Assembly (NCBI GenBank): GCA_034530875.2 | Contig: JAVRCJ020000027.1 | Location: 42,328 to 106,327 of the forward strand | Reading direction: 5' to 3' | DNA length: 64,000 nucleotides | Origin: Nostoc sp. DedSLP01 | GTDB taxonomy: Bacteria > Cyanobacteriota > Cyanobacteriia > Cyanobacteriales > Nostocaceae | Shown here: piece by piece, positions 60,909-64,000 of the stretch | How positions within the stretch are numbered: position 1 is the first letter of the stretch | Layout: each line of letters begins with the position of its first letter | Notes under the pieces: generated by a model | Seen by the model: the letters and a program-made list of their open reading frames with translations, nothing else | Database searches by the model: none | Told to the model about the DNA's origin: nothing | Program-made: the position numbers and the translations under genes

Positions 60909-61949
60909 ATGAAATATAACCAACTCGGCGATAGTGACCTAAAGGTTTCGGAAATTTGTCTGGGAACCATGACTTACGGGCAACAAAATACTGTTGAACA
61001 GGCCCATCAGCAGTTAGACTATGCGATCGCTCAAGGAGTTAATTTCATCGATACTGCGGAAATGTACCCAGTACCGCCTCGCGCCGAAACCCAAGGAAAA
61101 ACAGAAGCTTACATTGGTGAATGGTTGAAAAACCAGCAGCGAGATAAGCTGATAGTTGCGACAAAAATTGCCGGGCCTGGTCGTCCAATTAATTGGTTGC
61201 GCGGAGGAAATATTAAGATTGACCGCGCTAATATTCAGCAGGCGGTAGACGATAGCCTCAAGCGATTGCAAACAGATTATATTGACTTGTACCAAATTCA
61301 CTGGCCCGATCGCTATGTTCCCATCTTTGGAGAAACAGAGTATAAACCAGAGTTGGAACGGGAAACAGTAGCGATTTCTGAACAATTAGAAGCCTTTGCA
61401 GATATCATCAAAGCTGGTAAGATTCGCTATTTGGGTTTGAGTAATGAAACTCCTTGGGGTGTGACTGAGTTTGTTCGTGTTGCTAAAAAGCTAGGATTGT
61501 CTAAAGTTGTTTCAATCCAAAATGCTTACAATTTGCTCAATCGCGTATTTGACTCAGCTTTAGCAGAAGTTTCTCGTCACACGAATGTTGGTTTGCTTGC
61601 TTATAGTCCTCTGGGATTTGGTTTCTTAAGTGGAAAGTACACAGAAGATAAAATATCAGAAAATACAAGATTGAGTTTATTTCAAAATTTTGGACAACGT
61701 TATCTCAAAGAAAATGTCAATGAAGCTGTAGCAGCTTATGTAGAAATTGCTAACAAACACAATTTGCAGCCTAGCCAATTAGCTTTGGCTTTTGTACGTA
61801 GTCGCTGGTTTGTTACTAGCACAATCATTGGTGCTACATCCTTACAACAACTACAAGAAAACATTGACAGTCTGAATGTAGTTCTTAACCCAGAAATTTT
61901 AGCAGAGCTAGATGCAATTCATAGACGTTATCCCAATCCAGCACCTTAA
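60909..61949 (+). CDS. Tas-like NADP(H) aldo/keto reductase
   Basis: LGTMTYG, DTAEMYP, YQIHWPDR, SNETPWG, IQNAYNL. Confidence 0.92.
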   Translation: MKYNQLGDSDLKVSEICLGTMTYGQQNTVEQAHQQLDYAIAQGVNFIDTAEMYPVPPRAETQGKTEAYIGEWLKNQQRDKLIVATKIAGPGRPINWLRGGNIKIDRANIQQAVDDSLKRLQTDYIDLYQIHWPDRYVPIFGETEYKPELERETVAISEQLEAFADIIKAGKIRYLGLSNETPWGVTEFVRVAKKLGLSKVVSIQNAYNLLNRVFDSALAEVSRHTNVGLLAYSPLGFGFLSGKYTEDKISENTRLSLFQNFGQRYLKENVNEAVAAYVEIANKHNLQPSQLALAFVRSRWFVTSTIIGATSLQQLQENIDSLNVVLNPEILAELDAIHRRYPNPAP

Positions 61950-62082
61950 TAGCTAAGCAAGGGAACACGAAAGAAGGATATAGGCTCAAATACAACTTTT
62001 ATAGTAAGCACTTTGGTGCTGAAAAACAGTATCTTTCAAACCACCGAAGTGCTTAACTAAGTAAGAGTGAAATAGTTTTTTC

Positions 62083-62214
62083 CTAGTGTGGTAAAACTTA
62101 CTAGAGAAGACGACTCTCTAAATTAGCCAAGTAACCCTTGGGGTCTCTGCGAAATCGATATTGTTCAATTCTAGCTTTATGGTGTTTTTGCAATTGAGAG
62201 CGTAATTCGAGCCA
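62083..62214 (-). pseudogene. Probable IS right end with transposase C-terminal fragment
   Basis: 62214-62101 encodes WLELRSQLQKHHKARIEQYRFRRDPKGYLANLESRLL*; terminus matches the element at 63414. Confidence 0.7.
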
Positions 62215-62329
62215 AAAGTGATAAATACAGGTATGCCATTTGCTCAAAACAACTTATTTTCATAGCGTTGAGGTTAGCATCAATTCCAAGCGCGTACAAA
62301 TTTCCCAAATTGGCACGCTGATGCCTATT

Positions 62330-63193
62330 TTATTGACCTGTTTGAGATGCTTTATATATTTCAACTCCTAATCGAATAGCTTCATAAACATCCTCTTTTG
62401 TTACTCTGACCTTAGGGGTGTGGTGTTGATAGATAACAATTCCACGTATCCGATCTGATATGTCTGCTGGAAATGTATCACTCCACGGATCTGTTCTATC
62501 TTTGCATCCACCAAACGGGTCTTTACCGTTAATTCCATAATGCTGTACAGGGGTGATGTGAAGAATATTAGCGTCCTGTGCGCTTTCTTTGTCTATCAAA
62601 GCAATCCAAACTCCCCCCGTAAAGCCTTGTCTCTGACAAGATTTTGTTTTGGTTACACCATCAATTCTGCCATTATTAGAAACTGTGATATTGGTTTCCA
62701 TGTACCAATGACTTCCGACGGTTTTTTGCCCTGAGTTTAGCTTTATGGGGAAGCGAACCGAAGACTCAGTGGCAGTCCATTCAGGATCTGGGTGAGGTGC
62801 TGGTATACTACTACCGCCTGTACATATTCCATCATATATTGCATTGTAATCACCCAATTTACCAGATTGAGTTCTTGGGGTAACACCACCAGTTAACCGC
62901 TGATAATCCTGAGGAGTTTGGTACCAACAATAATGTCCCTGTCCGTTAGAATAGTAGATAGGAGCTCGACCTGCAAACTTAAAGTTACCTTCTGCTAAAT
63001 AAAGCCCAGATTGAGCAAGGTTTTGAGGACTATTTTTCAGATGTAAATCAGGAGCGGGATGAGAAATAGGTTTACTTTGACTACCTATGACTGTTGCTTG
63101 AGAAATGACTGGAGAAAAAGGTACTGTAGTTGAAATAGCACTAAAAATGCTGATCGCAACACTAGAAATAAAAAAACTTCGCCATGTTTTCAT
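62330..63193 (-). CDS. Secreted hypothetical protein
   Basis: Signal-peptide-like N-terminus; Cys-paired YYSNGQGHYC...YDGIC module; beta-rich C-domain. Confidence 0.8.
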   Translation of the reverse strand: MKTWRSFFISSVAISIFSAISTTVPFSPVISQATVIGSQSKPISHPAPDLHLKNSPQNLAQSGLYLAEGNFKFAGRAPIYYSNGQGHYCWYQTPQDYQRLTGGVTPRTQSGKLGDYNAIYDGICTGGSSIPAPHPDPEWTATESSVRFPIKLNSGQKTVGSHWYMETNITVSNNGRIDGVTKTKSCQRQGFTGGVWIALIDKESAQDANILHITPVQHYGINGKDPFGGCKDRTDPWSDTFPADISDRIRGIVIYQHHTPKVRVTKEDVYEAIRLGVEIYKASQTGQ

Positions 63194-63241
63194 ATTAAAA
63201 TCTCCACGTAAATAGATTTTAATTAATAAGTTATGTCTTTA

Positions 63242-63263
63242 TGTACAAATAATTATTTGTACA
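63242..63263. promoter_or_regulatory. Perfect 22-bp palindrome
   Basis: TGTACAAATAATTATTTGTACA, 48 bp upstream of ATG 63193. Confidence 0.55.
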
Positions 63264-63413
63264 CCATGTGTATAAGATATTTTTTATTAATTAGTTTTTA
63301 TCATAATTAATTTATCTGATTTTAACCTATCTTTAGGTAGGTATAAAAATGAATTTTATTTGAGAAATATTTCAAAAATTTAATAACGAGACACTCCAAA
63401 TTCTGAGGATTTC

Positions 63414-63772
63414 CTAGTGTGGCAAAACTTACTAGAGAAGAGTCAAAATCCTGTAATCTTGACCTTGTAGCGAAATAATGGTGCAAAAACTTGGCAAGAA
63501 AAAGTCTAAAACCAGAGGCAACATCGTTTGAAGTACTCGATTGTATTCAAAAAAAATGCCCTTCGTGCGGTCAAGCAATGTGGAATGAATACAATAACCC
63601 TCGACATATAAGAACGTTAAATGGGGTAATAGAACTACAGCTAAAAATTCGGCGATGTCAAAATAAATCATGTCTGCGGTACAAAAAAGTATATCGACCA
63701 GAGCAAGAAGGGTCACTCGCTTTACCACAAAACGAATTTGGTTTGGATGTGATTGCTTATATAGGGGCTTGA
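63414..63772 (+). pseudogene. IS left end with truncated transposase N-terminus (ORF 63491-63772)
   Basis: CPSCG...RTLNG...RRCQNKSC...FGLDVIA zinc-ribbon start; terminus CTAGTGTGGCAAAACTTACTAGAGAAGA. Confidence 0.78.
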
Positions 63773-63926
63773 GTAGCAAGCGAACCGAAAACCGGGATAA
63801 GCTTGAAAGTCCTATTAGATAAGGATTCTATCCAGAACGAAGGTCATTGATACTCTGCTTATCATCGAATCACTACTCAACAAGAAAATAAGGGTTTCAG
63901 CTTCTAAATATGCTTGTCTTACTCAA
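63769..63926. mobile_element. Possible MITE truncating the transposase
   Basis: Imperfect ends TTGAGTAGCAAGC / GCTTGTCTTACTCAA; left end supplies the TGA stop. Confidence 0.45.
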
Positions 63927-64000
63927 TACCTTTGCCAATTTACGAGGTTGAGTTGATGTATTAACATCTTGTTCTCAACGGTTTGGCAAAAACAATAAGT

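Larger units (their letters stand above)
473..61030. repeat. HIP1 octamer GCGATCGC, dispersed throughout
   Basis: Dozens of occurrences in both coding and intergenic DNA. Confidence 0.95.

Overview
AT-rich DNA from a filamentous, very likely heterocyst-forming cyanobacterium (Nostocales-like), judged by abundant HIP1 GCGATCGC octamers, STRR 7-9-mer repeats and a short KaiA. In order, the window holds: (1) a 5-oxoprolinase/hydantoinase split into A and B genes with four cargo genes between them; (2) a TetR-associated DevBCA-family exporter and an SDR/LysR pair; (3) a divergent module of an HTH-NB-ARC-TPR protein facing a ferritin-like di-iron enzyme plus a cis-prenyltransferase, interrupted by Uma2 and PIN toxin-antitoxin cargo; (4) glycerate kinase, ycf20 and an ArnT-like transferase; (5) a hybrid kinase divergent from kaiABC-hgdD(tolC); (6) three NsiR1-like sRNA units with DIF1-type promoters and no hetF nearby; (7) small metabolic and transport genes, several preceded by a shared 26-bp motif; (8) SLH and glycoside-hydrolase genes separated by one in-frame stop; (9) a Tat-exported vanadium-haloperoxidase-like protein lacking the canonical SGH motif; (10) ssuA and IS remnants. 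No rRNA, tRNA or CRISPR array was seen. The best candidates for undescribed biology are the NB-ARC/di-iron/prenyltransferase module with its CCGACT boxes, the 26-bp motif regulon, the non-canonical haloperoxidase and the Cys-His gene pair. All family calls come from reading motifs by eye; no database search was run.
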